A stretch of 64,000 bases of DNA, taken from contig JAHEKE010000018.1 of NCBI GenBank assembly GCA_024638505.1, positions 6,078 through 70,077 on the forward strand, written 5' to 3'. Source of the DNA: Gammaproteobacteria bacterium. GTDB lineage: Bacteria > Pseudomonadota > Gammaproteobacteria > Arenicellales > JAANXG01. The translations under genes were made by a program, and so were the position numbers. Below, piece after piece: positions 29,515-40,814 of the stretch; the stretch's first letter is position 1; each line of letters begins with the position of its first letter. Below the pieces are notes generated by a model. The model worked only from the letters and a program-made list of their open reading frames with translations. It was not told the origin of the DNA and ran no database searches.

Positions 29515-29836
29515 TTAAATTAGGGGTATCGCTGTGAAACGGCCGTCGCAGCGGCCGAAGAAGCGTATCTCGGTGCGCGCGTACTAGGTCGAAGTTTGAC
29601 TCATTCGGTGGTCAACGCAAAGCTCCGGCCAAGCCCGTTGTTCGAAAGGTGTACATGGCCCTGACTGGAAAACGCGGGTGAGCGGACGGGAATGCCGGCG
29701 CTGCGTGCACGCGAGAAGTGGGTATATGGTGGGAGAAATATTGTCTGATAACGATATATGGTGTGTCCCCCGGATCGGGGTGCACATACACCTTAACCAT
29801 ATGTCTGATAAGCAAGAATTTCTTTTTGGCGTGTGC

Positions 29837-29866
29837 TTGACACCACGTCTAAGTGCTAACTATAGT
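29837..29866 (+). promoter_or_regulatory. Sigma70 promoter of the dcw cluster (Pmra)
   Basis: TTGACA (29837-42), 18 bp spacer, TATAGT (29861-66). Confidence 0.75.
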
Positions 29867-29874
29867 GTCAGAAT

Positions 29875-29899
29875 GTGGGGTAAAGTGGGAGAAAATGGG
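29875..29899 (+). promoter_or_regulatory. MraZ-binding direct repeats
   Basis: GTGGG, GTGGG and ATGGG at 10-bp periodicity just upstream of mraZ. Confidence 0.85.
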
Positions 29900-29925
29900 A
29901 GGCGCATGACACCATCGGGCGGCAC

Positions 29926-30381
29926 ATGTTTCGCGGCGTAAACACGCTGAATCTCGACGCAAAGGGGCGTTTAGCGATACCCACCAGGTATCGCGAAGGC
30001 CTGCAGCGGCAGAGCGAAGGCAAAATGGTGGTCACAATCAACAACGTCGAACGCTGTCTGTGGCTTTACCCTTTGGCGGATTGGGAAGAGATCGAACGCA
30101 AACTGGTCAATCTGCCTAGTCTGGATGCTGCTGCCCAGAGATTAAAGAGAATTCTAATTGGTCACGCTAGCGACTGTGACCTGGATGCGGCCGGTCGCGT
30201 TTTGCTTCCCGGCCCGCTGCGCGAATTCGCTAGTTTGGACAAACACGTAGTGATGATCGGCCAGGGCAACAAGTTTGAAATATGGAACGAGGAGCTGTGG
30301 AACGAGCGCCGTGATCAATGGCTAACTGAAGACGGGGAGTCGGGACCTTTGCCGGTGGAGCTGGAGACGCTGTCCCTATGA
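29926..30381 (+). CDS. mraZ: Transcriptional regulator MraZ
   Basis: MFRG...LDAKGRLAIP and DAAGR motifs; first gene of the dcw cluster. Confidence 0.98.
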   Translation: MFRGVNTLNLDAKGRLAIPTRYREGLQRQSEGKMVVTINNVERCLWLYPLADWEEIERKLVNLPSLDAAAQRLKRILIGHASDCDLDAAGRVLLPGPLREFASLDKHVVMIGQGNKFEIWNEELWNERRDQWLTEDGESGPLPVELETLSL

Positions 30382-31343
30382 TGCAGACCCCCTCAGCAAC
30401 CCGCGACCTGTTGCATGCTCCCGTTTTGCTGAAGGAAACCATTCATGCTCTCAATATTGATCAGGGCGGATTGTATATCGACGCAACTTACGGCCGGGGT
30501 GGTCATGCGCAAGCAATATTAACCAGGTTGGGCGAAACAGGTTGCCTGATTGCAATGGATCGTGACGCAGAGGCCATCGAGCACGCGCAAGCGAATTTAG
30601 GTGATGATCCCCGATGCCACGTGATTCGTGCTGAGCTACGAGACCTAGACGTCGCGTTTGCAAAGCTCAGCTTAAACCGTAACGCAGATGGAGTGCTGGC
30701 CGATTTAGGGGTGTCTTCGCCTCAGCTTGACGACGCCCGGCGTGGCTTCAGTTTTAGGTTGGATGGTCCGTTGGACATGCGTATGGATTCCAGTTCTGAC
30801 TTGGACGCCGCTACCTGGCTGAATCGCGTCGAAGAGAATGAATTAGCTCGGGTGCTGCGTGAATACGGTGAGGAGCGCTTTGCCAGGCGCATTGCCAGAG
30901 CAGTAGTTGAGCAAAGGCAATCAAATCCCATCACACGGACAAAACAACTGGCTGATCTGGTAAGCGCGGCGGTTCCGACCAGAGAAAAGAACAAGCACCC
31001 TGCTACCAGGACTTTTCTAGCCGTGCGGATGCGAATCAATGCCGAGCTCGACCAGCTCAACGCTTTTCTACCTAAAGCGGTTAAATTGCTGGTGGAGGGA
31101 GGAAGGCTTGTAGTTATAAGTTTTCATTCTCTGGAGGACCGGCTGGTGAAACGCTTCATGCGTGAGCAAGCGCGCGGTAACGACTATCCGGCCGAGGTTC
31201 CGATTTCGGTCAGTCAGCTGAGGCCGTTGCTTAAAGTTGTAGGTAAGGCCGTACGGCCCTCGGCCCAGGAATTAGAAAGAAACCTTCGTGCCCGCAGTGC
31301 CGTGTTGAGAGTGGCTGAACGAACGGGCTATTGCCATGCGTAG
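30378..31343 (+). CDS. rsmH: 16S rRNA m4C1402 methyltransferase
   Basis: HAPVLL, DATYGRGGH, DLGVSSPQLD and ISFHSLEDR. Confidence 0.98.
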   Translation: MMQTPSATRDLLHAPVLLKETIHALNIDQGGLYIDATYGRGGHAQAILTRLGETGCLIAMDRDAEAIEHAQANLGDDPRCHVIRAELRDLDVAFAKLSLNRNADGVLADLGVSSPQLDDARRGFSFRLDGPLDMRMDSSSDLDAATWLNRVEENELARVLREYGEERFARRIARAVVEQRQSNPITRTKQLADLVSAAVPTREKNKHPATRTFLAVRMRINAELDQLNAFLPKAVKLLVEGGRLVVISFHSLEDRLVKRFMREQARGNDYPAEVPISVSQLRPLLKVVGKAVRPSAQELERNLRARSAVLRVAERTGYCHA

Positions 31344-31599
31344 CCTGCTTTTGATCTGCATCGCACTGGTCGCTATTTCCGCGCTGTCTGTAGTGTGGTT
31401 GCGGCACGTACACCGATTGAGCTATGTGGCCCTGCAGCAGGCACAAGAACAGCGTGACCGGCTCAACATTGAGTGGGGTCAATTGTTGCTGGAACAGAGC
31501 ACCTGGGCTATACATCACCGGGTTGAAGTCGAGGCGAGCAAGCGATTGGGAATGATTGTTCCCCAGCCGGAACGGATCATTGTGCTGCGGGGGCAGTGA
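31336..31599 (+). CDS. ftsL: Cell division protein FtsL
   Basis: TM helix plus coiled coil LNIEWGQLLLEQST; synteny. Confidence 0.95.
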   Translation: MRSLLLICIALVAISALSVVWLRHVHRLSYVALQQAQEQRDRLNIEWGQLLLEQSTWAIHHRVEVEASKRLGMIVPQPERIIVLRGQ

Positions 31600-33308
31600 T
31601 AATGGACCCTCGCTCTTCCCCCGACCCAAAGCCTCGACGGTTCTTTCTCCGCCAGTATTTCGTCCTAGGCATACTTTTCCTGGGGTTCTCTGTCCTGCTT
31701 ATTCGCGCCGGCTATCTTCAGGTGGTCATGAGCGATTATCTGCAGGCCCAAGGCGACTCACGCTATCAGCGGGTGATCGAGACCAAAGCGACCAGAGGGA
31801 TGATCCTAGATCGCCAGGGAGAGGTACTGGCGGTGAGCACACCCGTTGATTCAGTTTGGGCCCACCCTCCGACGTTTCTTTATGAGGGCCACTCTTTGGA
31901 TGAACTCGCGCAATTGCTGGCCGTTCCCGTTGCACAATTGAAAAAGCTGGCAATAGAGCATCAAGACCGCGAGTTTGCCTACCTGAAACGTCATCTGTCC
32001 CCACCGGTTGCCCAAAGAGTAATGGCTTTGGGCATTCCCGGTGTGGGTTTAAGGCGGGAATATCGTCGGTACTATCCGGCTGGACCGGTTTTTGGGCAAG
32101 TGCTTGGATTTACCGACATCGATGATGAAGGGCAAGAGGGTATCGAGCGGGCACACAACCGGACACTGACCGGCGTTGCGGGACGGGCTAGGGTGCTGCG
32201 CGACCGGGTCGGGCACGTGGTTGAGAAAACAGAGCAGATTAATCCGGCCCGTAACGGGCGAGATTTATCCATTACCTTGGATTCCCGCATTCAATACCTG
32301 GCATATCGTCACCTTGCTGGCGCAGTACGGGCGCATAAGGCAAAAAGCGGCTCGGCGGTGGTGATCGACCTGATCAACGGCGACATCTTGGCCATGGTAA
32401 ATCAACCCAAATTCAACCCCAACAATCGAGGCGACAGAAAACCAGAGAATTTTCGTAATCGTGCGGTAACCGATGTGTTTGAACCGGGATCGACGATCAA
32501 ACCTTTTACCGTTGCGATGGCGCTACAGTCCCGCATCCTAGTCCCTGACAGCCGCATCGATACCACTCCAGGCGTATTGAAAATTGGTCGAAACCGAATC
32601 AGGGACGTGCATGATTATGGTTTGCTCACGGTGTCCCGGGTGATCATGAAGTCGAGCAACGTGGGCGCGGCCAAGATTGCGATGATGGCGAAGCCGCAGC
32701 AGCTGATAAACGTGTTAGCCGATGCTGGCTTTGGCACGACCACCAATATCGGTTTCCCGGGTGAGGTCGCGGGCATGGTGCCGCGGCGGGAGCTTAAACG
32801 GATCGAACATGCAACGCTGGCGTTTGGCTATGGATTATCGTCCACCGCCCTGCAGCTAGCCCGGTCCTACACTGCGCTGGCAACTGGAGGGCGCTTGCTA
32901 TCACCGCGTTTGATAAAAACGCAGGTACCGGAGCCGACGCGAGAGGTGTTTAAAAAAAGCGTTGCCAACCAGGTCCGGCACATGCTGGAGTTGGCGGTGA
33001 GTGATCAGGGAACTGCGCCGTCGGCGCAGGTAGCGCGCTATCGTGTTGCGGGAAAGACCGGTACGGCGCACAAGATTGTCAATGGTCGCTATGCCAAAGA
33101 CAGGTACCGCTCTCTGTTTGTTGGCTACGGACCTGCGACTAAACCACGTTTAGTGATGGCGGTCGTGATCGATGACCCACGGGGCGAACACTACTACGGT
33201 GGCAAAGTAGCTGCTCCTGTTTTCTCTGCAGTAATGTCCGGCGCTTTGCGCTTGCTTAATGTGGCGCCTGACCGGGAGCTTGACCCGACCACCGAGGGTG
33301 AGGCATGA
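31596..33308 (+). CDS. ftsI: Penicillin-binding protein 3
   Basis: RGMILDR, EPGSTIK (SxxK), SSN and KTG. Confidence 0.97.
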   Translation: MIMDPRSSPDPKPRRFFLRQYFVLGILFLGFSVLLIRAGYLQVVMSDYLQAQGDSRYQRVIETKATRGMILDRQGEVLAVSTPVDSVWAHPPTFLYEGHSLDELAQLLAVPVAQLKKLAIEHQDREFAYLKRHLSPPVAQRVMALGIPGVGLRREYRRYYPAGPVFGQVLGFTDIDDEGQEGIERAHNRTLTGVAGRARVLRDRVGHVVEKTEQINPARNGRDLSITLDSRIQYLAYRHLAGAVRAHKAKSGSAVVIDLINGDILAMVNQPKFNPNNRGDRKPENFRNRAVTDVFEPGSTIKPFTVAMALQSRILVPDSRIDTTPGVLKIGRNRIRDVHDYGLLTVSRVIMKSSNVGAAKIAMMAKPQQLINVLADAGFGTTTNIGFPGEVAGMVPRRELKRIEHATLAFGYGLSSTALQLARSYTALATGGRLLSPRLIKTQVPEPTREVFKKSVANQVRHMLELAVSDQGTAPSAQVARYRVAGKTGTAHKIVNGRYAKDRYRSLFVGYGPATKPRLVMAVVIDDPRGEHYYGGKVAAPVFSAVMSGALRLLNVAPDRELDPTTEGEA

Positions 33309-34765
33309 GCTTGAAATCCCTCCAACAGCTGCTCGGCGACTGGCTCAGCGATGCCACGCTGGCGGAAGTGGCCGTTTCGGGACTGGCCATTGACAGCAGA
33401 AAGGTTGAAAAAGGCGATCTGTTTTTCGCCTACCCTGGAACGGTCGGCGACGGACGGGAATATGTTGATGAGGCGATCGCGCGGGGCGCAGCTGCGATCG
33501 TTTACGAAAAAGACAACAGTAACATGCCGCCTGGGCTGTGCATTGCGGCAGTACCGGTCGCTCAGTTGCGTCCAAAAGTAAGCGTGGTTGCTGCCCGCTT
33601 TTTCGACCACCCCGGGCAGGATCTGTTTATCGTCGGTATTACCGGAACTAACGGTAAGACCAGTTGTGCACATCTGTTGGCACAGGCGTTTTCCAGGTTA
33701 GGCGTTCGCAGTGGATTGATTGGGACCTTGGGTTGGGGATTTTTAGATGATCTGCAAAAAGATTCGCTTACCACCCCGGATCCGATATCGCTTCAGCGCA
33801 CACTGCGTGCATTGAAAAGACGCGGCGCAACTCATGTTTGCATGGAAGTTTCGTCCCACGCGTTGGCACAAGGCCGGGTCTCCGGGGTGTATTTTGACGC
33901 CGCACTTTTTACCAATCTGTCGCACGATCATCTGGACTATCACGAGAGTTTTAGGGATTACGCCAATGCCAAGGCGCAATTATTCAAAACTTCCAGCCTT
34001 CGCTTTGCCGTGATTAACCAAGATGACGAGTATGGTCAACGTCTGGCACAAAGCGTGAAAGCCAAAACATGGACATTCGGACTTGAGCGTGGTGATGTAA
34101 CAACGGCTAAAGTTGAAGTTGGCCTAGCTGGTTTGAATGTTGCGCTTAATTCCCCGCTTGGAATCATCGCAGCACGCGCCCGGCTGGTGGGACGCCTCAA
34201 TGTTCACAACATATTAGCTGTAGCGACAGTGTTACTGGCGGACGGCAAGTCCTCGACAATGGTGGCGACGGCGATTGACAGCTTGCATCCAGTACCCGGC
34301 CGCATGGAACTTTTCCAGCAGGGCCAGCCACGGGAGCCGTCCGTGGTGGTTGATTATGCTCACACACCAGATGCGTTGGAGCGGGCCTTGTCTTCCGTTC
34401 GAGAGCACAGCGGTGGAAAAGTGTGGTGCGTTTTCGGCTGCGGCGGTGACAGGGATCACGCTAAACGTCCCCTGATGGGTGCGATAGCGGAGCGTCTAGC
34501 GGATGTGGTTATTGTCACTGATGATAATCCCCGGCATGAGGTACCGCAGGAGATCACAGATCAGATCGTCGCCGGTATGGTTGGAACGGCTCGCGTGATC
34601 AATGATCGCGTACAAGCGATACAGTGGGCGATAGAACATGCGGCCGCGGATGACTGGGTACTGGTAGCGGGAAAGGGTCACGAGACAACACAACAAGTGG
34701 GCGATGAGTTTTTATCTATGGATGACCGTTCCATCGTCAGTGAATGTTTAGGAGTGGCCGCGTGA
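33305..34765 (+). CDS. murE: UDP-MurNAc-tripeptide synthetase (meso-DAP)
   Basis: GTNGKT, MEVSSH, DYAHTPD and DNPR (DAP specificity). Confidence 0.98.
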   Translation: MSLKSLQQLLGDWLSDATLAEVAVSGLAIDSRKVEKGDLFFAYPGTVGDGREYVDEAIARGAAAIVYEKDNSNMPPGLCIAAVPVAQLRPKVSVVAARFFDHPGQDLFIVGITGTNGKTSCAHLLAQAFSRLGVRSGLIGTLGWGFLDDLQKDSLTTPDPISLQRTLRALKRRGATHVCMEVSSHALAQGRVSGVYFDAALFTNLSHDHLDYHESFRDYANAKAQLFKTSSLRFAVINQDDEYGQRLAQSVKAKTWTFGLERGDVTTAKVEVGLAGLNVALNSPLGIIAARARLVGRLNVHNILAVATVLLADGKSSTMVATAIDSLHPVPGRMELFQQGQPREPSVVVDYAHTPDALERALSSVREHSGGKVWCVFGCGGDRDHAKRPLMGAIAERLADVVIVTDDNPRHEVPQEITDQIVAGMVGTARVINDRVQAIQWAIEHAAADDWVLVAGKGHETTQQVGDEFLSMDDRSIVSECLGVAA

Positions 34766-36111
34766 TGGCCCTGCAGGAAATGGCACAGGCAGTTAAGGGC
34801 AGGTTGTACGGATCCGATGGAATGTTTAGCGGTGTGAGCACGGATACCAGGACAATCAAAGAGGGTGACCTGTTTGTAGCTTTGCAAGGGCCGAACTTCG
34901 ACGGCCATCAATTCTTGCAAGAAGCGGAAAGCAAAAAAGTCGTCGGCGCGATGGTTAATCACGCCGTGACTTCTGATCTTCCGCAGGTTGCTGTGGATGA
35001 TACGCGCCTGTGTCTGGGGACATTGGGCGGCTATTGGCGGAGCAAGTTCTCTTGTCCGGTGGTGGCGATAACGGGCAGTAACGGTAAAACAACAGTTAAA
35101 GAAATGGTTGGCTCAATTCTTCGGCAACGGGGTGAAGTCCTGGTCAGCAGTGGAAATCTAAACAATGACATCGGATTGCCGCTGGTTCTTTGCAGGATAC
35201 GTGACAATCACAATTTCGCGGTTGTTGAAATGGGAATGAATCACCGAGGCGAGATCGATTACTTGACCAGGCTGGCCAGACCGCAAGTTGCGGTTATCAC
35301 CAATGCCGCGATGGCACACCTGGAGGGCCTGGGCACGGTGCAGGCAGTGGCGGAAGCCAAGGCAGAGATCTTCAATGGCCTTAGCGAAGGTGGTGTAGCC
35401 ATTATTAACCTGGACGACGATTTCTCGCCACTTTGGCAGCGCCTCGCAGGCGCGCATGAACGTATAACCTTTGCCATCAAACAGCCGGCGGACGTGAAGG
35501 CTGCTCGTGTTCAAACGGGCGAATCGGGCAGCGTAATTGACATGGACACACCGATTGGAAGTTGTGAGATTGCACTATCTCTACCGGGGCTGCATAACGT
35601 TATGAATGCGCTGGCCGCTGCTGCTGCTGCTATCGCATTGAGGATTGAACTCGATCATGTAAAAGCAGGTCTTCAATCCGCGTCATCGCTAGCAGGCCGC
35701 CTGCATCGGCTTGCTGGAAAGCGCGGTGCCACCGTCATCGACGACACATACAACGCAAATCCGAATTCGATGGATGCGGCTGTGCATGTGCTGGCCGCCG
35801 CCGAGGGGACCAAAATCCTGGTTATGGGCGACATGGGAGAGCTGGGTACTGGTGCAGAGCACCTTCACGCCCGGGTCGGCGAGCAGGCGCGCCGGGTGGG
35901 AATCGATCGACTACTGACCTGCGGCGAGCTGAGTGAATCAGCGGTTCAAGCTTTTGGGCGGAATGCGCACCACTTTGATGACAAGAAGGAACTGATCGAC
36001 GCACTGCTGCCCGACCTCGATCCCAGAACAACTGTTTTGGTAAAGGGTTCGCGCTTTATGCGCATGGAACAGGTTGTTCAAGCTATTTCTGAATCAGGGG
36101 TGCGGCACTGA
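34762..36111 (+). CDS. murF: UDP-MurNAc-pentapeptide synthetase
   Basis: [20 protein letters not shown] and VKGSR; start overlaps the murE stop. Confidence 0.98.
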   Translation: MMALQEMAQAVKGRLYGSDGMFSGVSTDTRTIKEGDLFVALQGPNFDGHQFLQEAESKKVVGAMVNHAVTSDLPQVAVDDTRLCLGTLGGYWRSKFSCPVVAITGSNGKTTVKEMVGSILRQRGEVLVSSGNLNNDIGLPLVLCRIRDNHNFAVVEMGMNHRGEIDYLTRLARPQVAVITNAAMAHLEGLGTVQAVAEAKAEIFNGLSEGGVAIINLDDDFSPLWQRLAGAHERITFAIKQPADVKAARVQTGESGSVIDMDTPIGSCEIALSLPGLHNVMNALAAAAAAIALRIELDHVKAGLQSASSLAGRLHRLAGKRGATVIDDTYNANPNSMDAAVHVLAAAEGTKILVMGDMGELGTGAEHLHARVGEQARRVGIDRLLTCGELSESAVQAFGRNAHHFDDKKELIDALLPDLDPRTTVLVKGSRFMRMEQVVQAISESGVRH

Positions 36112-37193
36112 TGCTGCTGTACCTTTTTGACATTCTCGCCCGGGAGTACAGCGCGTTCAACGTGTTTCGCTATATTACCTTTCGCGGAATATGCGGCGTG
36201 CTTACTTCGCTTTCTATCTGTTTTGTATTGGGTCCCGTGATGATCAGAAAGCTCAGCCATCATCAGATAGGACAAACAATCAGGCAGGACGGGCCGCCAA
36301 CGCACTTTGAGAAGGTCGGCACACCAACGATGGGAGGTGCTCTCATCCTGGTTTCCGTTTTGTTGTCCACCTTGTTGTGGGCTGATCTGACCAATCGGTT
36401 TATATGGGTTATTTTGTTTACCTGCCTGTCATTCGGGGTTATCGGCTGGATTGATGATTACCGGAAGCTGGTGGATAAGAACCCCAAGGGTATTGGCGCA
36501 CGCAACAAATTCATGTGGCAAAGCATTGTCGGTCTGTGCGCGGCAACGTTTCTGTATCTAACCCATCAATCACCCCTTGAGATATCCCTCATCGTGCCGT
36601 TATTCAAGGACGTTTCCATCTACCTTGGATTCGGCTTCATCCTGCTGACCTACCTGGTCATCGTCGGTTCCAGCAACGCGGTGAATCTGACGGACGGTCT
36701 GGACGGGCTGGCTATCATGCCAACAGTGCTGGTCGCAGGTGGATTGGGAATATTTGCCTACGTAACGGGGAACAGCGTATTCGCTCCCTATCTGGCGATT
36801 CCTTATATACCCGGTGCCGGTGAGGTGCTTGTGTTTTGTGCCGCCCTGGTTGGCGCTGGCCTGGGGTTCCTCTGGTTCAATACCTACCCAGCTCAGGTGT
36901 TCATGGGGGACATTGGTGCGCTTGCGCTGGGTGCGTCTCTTGGCGTGGTGGCGGTGGTGGTCAGACAGGAAATCGCATTTTTCATTATGGGCGGTATTTT
37001 CGTGATAGAGACCGTCTCGGTCATCTTGCAGGTGGTGTCCTTCAAGCTGGTGGGTAAGCGCGTTTTTAAGATGGCTCCATTACACCATCATTTTGAACTT
37101 AAAGGTTGGCCGGAGCCTCGGGTGAGCGTGAGGTTTTGGATTATGAGCCTGATCTTAGTGTTGATCGGATTGGCAACACTCAAGATCAGATAG
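36111..37193 (+). CDS. mraY: Phospho-MurNAc-pentapeptide transferase
   Basis: [20 protein letters not shown] and APLHHHFE. Confidence 0.98.
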   Translation: MLLYLFDILAREYSAFNVFRYITFRGICGVLTSLSICFVLGPVMIRKLSHHQIGQTIRQDGPPTHFEKVGTPTMGGALILVSVLLSTLLWADLTNRFIWVILFTCLSFGVIGWIDDYRKLVDKNPKGIGARNKFMWQSIVGLCAATFLYLTHQSPLEISLIVPLFKDVSIYLGFGFILLTYLVIVGSSNAVNLTDGLDGLAIMPTVLVAGGLGIFAYVTGNSVFAPYLAIPYIPGAGEVLVFCAALVGAGLGFLWFNTYPAQVFMGDIGALALGASLGVVAVVVRQEIAFFIMGGIFVIETVSVILQVVSFKLVGKRVFKMAPLHHHFELKGWPEPRVSVRFWIMSLILVLIGLATLKIR

Positions 37194-37195
37194 TG

Positions 37196-38569
37196 ATGAT
37201 GGCGGCACGAACATTGATACGTGAATCGAATTCAACGGGAAAACGAAAAGCGCTGGTTGTAGGGTTGGGCCAAACTGGTTTTTCATGTGTTCGGTTTTTG
37301 GTCGCCAAGGGTGCGGATGTGTCGGTAGTCGATTCACGTGACCTGCCTCCTATGTATCGAATTTTGCAGGAACAGTTACCAGAAGTCCCTGTTTACACCG
37401 GCCCGTTTGAGGATAAACATTTTCTGGCTGCAGACTTTATTGTCGTCAGCCCAGGAGTAGCGTTGGACCATGCCGCTCTACAAAATGCCCGAGAAAACGG
37501 CATCGAGGTGATAGGTGATGTAGAGCTCTTTCTGCGCGAAATCGAGGCGCCAGTATTGGCCGTTACCGGGTCTAATGGCAAGAGTACAGTTACTGCTCTC
37601 GTTGGTGATATGTGTTTGCAGCACGGGCTGAATGTTGAGGTGGCGGGCAACATCGGCGTACCGGTACTGGATCTTTTGCGCGAGCACGAGAGATGGCTCG
37701 ATTGCTTCGTGCTGGAGCTATCCAGCTTTCAGCTGGAGTCCATTACCAGCTTACGGGCACACGCTGCCGCCCTTTTAAACCTGAGCGAGGATCATCTGGA
37801 CCGCTACGCTTCATTTGATGATTACGTACAGGTTAAGGCACGTATCTTCGCCGGAGACGGAGTGGCGGTAGTGAACAGAAATGATACCAACGTTATTCGC
37901 GCGCTACCGCCAGGTAAGCAGTTTGTCTCTTTCGGAGGAGATGCGCCGCCAACAAAACGAGACTACGGGTTAGTCGAAATGGGTGGTTTGACCTGGTTGG
38001 CTCGGGGCGGTGATAACTTGATCCCCGCTACTAGCGTACCCTTAACCGGAAGGCACAATTTGCTGAACGTGTTGGCAGCTTTTGCATTAGCCGAGCAAAT
38101 GAACGTCAGTGTGGACTCATGCATTAGGGCGGTAGAACAGTTTCAAGGATTACCTCACCGCATGGAGCTGGTTCTGGAAAAGGACAGAGTGGGCTGGATC
38201 AATGACTCTAAAGCTACCAATATTGGAGCGACCGTAGCCGCACTCAATGGACTTACAACACCAGTGGTGCTGATTGCTGGTGGTGATGGTAAGGGCGCCG
38301 ATTTTTTTGCCCTAAGGGAGCCAATTATCAGGCGCGCTCGGGCAGTCGTGCTGATTGGGCGTGATGCGCCCAAAATTGAGCGATCAATAACGAGCTTAGT
38401 GCCCGTTGTTAACGCAGTTGACATGAAGGATGCCGTATCCCAGGCGAAATCATTGGCTTTATCCGGAGACACCGTATTGCTGTCACCGGCATGCGCTAGT
38501 TTTGATATGTACGATAATTTTGAACAGCGTGGGGAGGACTTCAAGTCATTGGTGCAGGAACTAGCATGA
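37196..38569 (+). CDS. murD: UDP-MurNAc-L-Ala:D-Glu ligase
   Basis: GSNGKST, ELSSFQL, NDSKATN and SPACASFD; start placed after the mraY stop. Confidence 0.98.
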   Translation: MMAARTLIRESNSTGKRKALVVGLGQTGFSCVRFLVAKGADVSVVDSRDLPPMYRILQEQLPEVPVYTGPFEDKHFLAADFIVVSPGVALDHAALQNARENGIEVIGDVELFLREIEAPVLAVTGSNGKSTVTALVGDMCLQHGLNVEVAGNIGVPVLDLLREHERWLDCFVLELSSFQLESITSLRAHAAALLNLSEDHLDRYASFDDYVQVKARIFAGDGVAVVNRNDTNVIRALPPGKQFVSFGGDAPPTKRDYGLVEMGGLTWLARGGDNLIPATSVPLTGRHNLLNVLAAFALAEQMNVSVDSCIRAVEQFQGLPHRMELVLEKDRVGWINDSKATNIGATVAALNGLTTPVVLIAGGDGKGADFFALREPIIRRARAVVLIGRDAPKIERSITSLVPVVNAVDMKDAVSQAKSLALSGDTVLLSPACASFDMYDNFEQRGEDFKSLVQELA

Positions 38570-39744
38570 CTGCAATAACTGACACGGTCGGCCCCTCGCA
38601 AGCTGTAAAGGGTGCATCATCAGAATCCGGAAATCAGGCTGACGTCTGGCTAATCGGTATTGTTCTAGTACTGTTAACGTACGGTTTAGTGATGGTGTAT
38701 TCCGCCACCATCGCAAGCAGCAGTGAGACGCTGGCGGTCAACTTTCGTCCATTGATCAGCCATCTGGCTCATTTGGCGCTGGGCCTCGCCTTTATTATAG
38801 CGCTTCGGTATTCCCGCCTAGATTGGTGGGGACGCTGCGGCAAACAGCTTTTACTGCTATCCGTGTTGAGCTTAGTCATTGTTTTGCTGCCGGGCATAGG
38901 GATCAATGTTAACGGCAGTACGCGCTGGATCGCACTTGGTGCAATACGCATACAGCCTGCTGAACTGGTTAAGATTTTCATGGTTGTCTACGTAGCCGGG
39001 TACCTAGTGCGTAAGAGGGACGTTTTGAATCAGTTCAAACAAGGCATCCTCATAGTGGCATTGGTTACGGCGACCGTATCCGCCCTGCTACTGATTCAGC
39101 CCGATTTTGGAAGTGTGGTAGTGATATCGCTCACGGTGATGTCGATGTTGTTTCTGGGGGGCATCAGGCTGAGGCATTTCACGCTTTGCGTACTCTTCGC
39201 CGCCGCTGCCTTTGTGCTTCTGGTGTGGATCGAGCCCTATCGCTGGCAGCGCATAATAAGTTTTTTGAACCCATGGTCCGATCCCTTCGATACCGGTTTT
39301 CAGCTGGTGCAGGCACTGATTGCTTTTGGCCGCGGCGAGTGGCTGGGAGTGGGGTTGGGCGCCAGTATCCAGAAACTTTATTACCTGCCGCATGCGAGTA
39401 ACGATTTTCTGCTGGCAGTCATCGCAGAAGAACTGGGCCTACTCGGGGTGTCGGTAGTTGTAATACTTTTTGCTGTTTTACTGTGGCGGGCATTTGTCAT
39501 CGCCAGGCGCGCGGAGAGAGTGGGTATGCTGTTTGCTGCTCGCCTGGCTGAAGGCCTGGGTTCGCTGTTGGTAATCCAAGCGATGATCAACATGGGCGTG
39601 AACATGGGGTTACTGCCCACCAAAGGGTTGACCTTACCGATGATGAGTTATGGAGGCAGCAGTATTCTGGCAAGCTGTATCGCATTGGGCTTGCTCTTTG
39701 CCATCGACCGCGCTGCGCAGCCAAAACCGGGAGGGGGGCGATGA
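38566..39744 (+). CDS. ftsW: Peptidoglycan glycosyltransferase FtsW
   Basis: QPAELVK, QPDFG and LPMMSYGGSS (SEDS family). Confidence 0.97.
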   Translation: MTAITDTVGPSQAVKGASSESGNQADVWLIGIVLVLLTYGLVMVYSATIASSSETLAVNFRPLISHLAHLALGLAFIIALRYSRLDWWGRCGKQLLLLSVLSLVIVLLPGIGINVNGSTRWIALGAIRIQPAELVKIFMVVYVAGYLVRKRDVLNQFKQGILIVALVTATVSALLLIQPDFGSVVVISLTVMSMLFLGGIRLRHFTLCVLFAAAAFVLLVWIEPYRWQRIISFLNPWSDPFDTGFQLVQALIAFGRGEWLGVGLGASIQKLYYLPHASNDFLLAVIAEELGLLGVSVVVILFAVLLWRAFVIARRAERVGMLFAARLAEGLGSLLVIQAMINMGVNMGLLPTKGLTLPMMSYGGSSILASCIALGLLFAIDRAAQPKPGGGR

Positions 39745-40814
39745 GTACCCTGCTGGTCATGGCTGGTGGGACCGGTGGACATGTTTTCCCCGCTCTGGCC
39801 GTCGCCGAAAACCTGAGGCAGCGGGGTGTGGAGGTGGTTTGGCTGGGAACGCGCACAGGTCTGGAGGCCAGAGCCATTCCTGCGGCCGGTTTTGATATCG
39901 AGTGGATTAACATCCGCGGAGCGCGGGGTAAAGGGATTCTTGGATGGTTGCGCACACCTTTTCTTTTACTTACTGCTGTTATTCAGACAATCGGTGTAGT
40001 TTTGCGGCGCAGACCCGGTGCCTTTCTGGGTATGGGCGGATTTGTGGCGGGACCGGGAGGCATTGTGGCCTGGCTGTTGCGGCGCCCTTTGCTAATACAT
40101 GAGGCGAATGCCTTGGCCGGCATGACCAATCGGTTTTTAGCCCGTGTCGCTACCCGGGTAATGACCGGTTTTCCTGGAACCTTCGCCCCGTCCGCGCATG
40201 CCCGTTACGTCGGAAATCCAGTAAGGCCGGAGATCGCTTCCATACTCCCGCCCGAGCAGAGGTTGTCCGGCCGTTCTGGTCCCCTGCGCCTGCTGATCGT
40301 CGGTGGAAGTCAGGGCGCGCGCACCTTAAACACTCAACTGCCCGGAATTGTTCATGCGCTTTCGGTGGAGCATTTTTTTGATGTTTGGCATCAAACCGGA
40401 GCACAGCAGCAAACGGAAGTTGCGCAGGCGTACCAGCGCTACTCAATCTCAGCCAGGGTTGATCAGTTCATAGAGGACATGAGCCGTGCATATGAGTGGG
40501 CCGATCTGGTTTTGTGCCGGTCGGGAGCCATGACTGTGGCTGAAGTAAGTGTGGCTGGAGTCTCTGCAGTGTTCGTGCCCTTTCCTTATGCTGTTGGCGA
40601 TCATCAGACGGCTAATGCTGAATTCTTAACGCGGCGGGAAGCGGGGTACTTGATCGCTGAGGACAGACTGGCTCAAGACTTACCGCCGCTATTGGCACAA
40701 TGCTGCGCGGATCGATCCCGTTTGATTGCTATTGCCCGTAATGCCAGATCGCTGGCCAAACCTGAAGCCACGCAGGCAGTTGCGGATATCTGCATGGAGA
40801 CTCTCAGTGCGTGA
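39741..40814 (+). CDS. murG: Lipid II GlcNAc transferase
   Basis: [23 protein letters not shown] and DHQTANA. Confidence 0.98.
   Translation: MSTLLVMAGGTGGHVFPALAVAENLRQRGVEVVWLGTRTGLEARAIPAAGFDIEWINIRGARGKGILGWLRTPFLLLTAVIQTIGVVLRRRPGAFLGMGGFVAGPGGIVAWLLRRPLLIHEANALAGMTNRFLARVATRVMTGFPGTFAPSAHARYVGNPVRPEIASILPPEQRLSGRSGPLRLLIVGGSQGARTLNTQLPGIVHALSVEHFFDVWHQTGAQQQTEVAQAYQRYSISARVDQFIEDMSRAYEWADLVLCRSGAMTVAEVSVAGVSAVFVPFPYAVGDHQTANAEFLTRREAGYLIAEDRLAQDLPPLLAQCCADRSRLIAIARNARSLAKPEATQAVADICMETLSA

Noticed and set aside
29520-29830. RNase P RNA (rnpB), often found upstream of mraZ
   Set aside because: No GAGGAAAGTCC core or other conserved rnpB segment seen on either strand.
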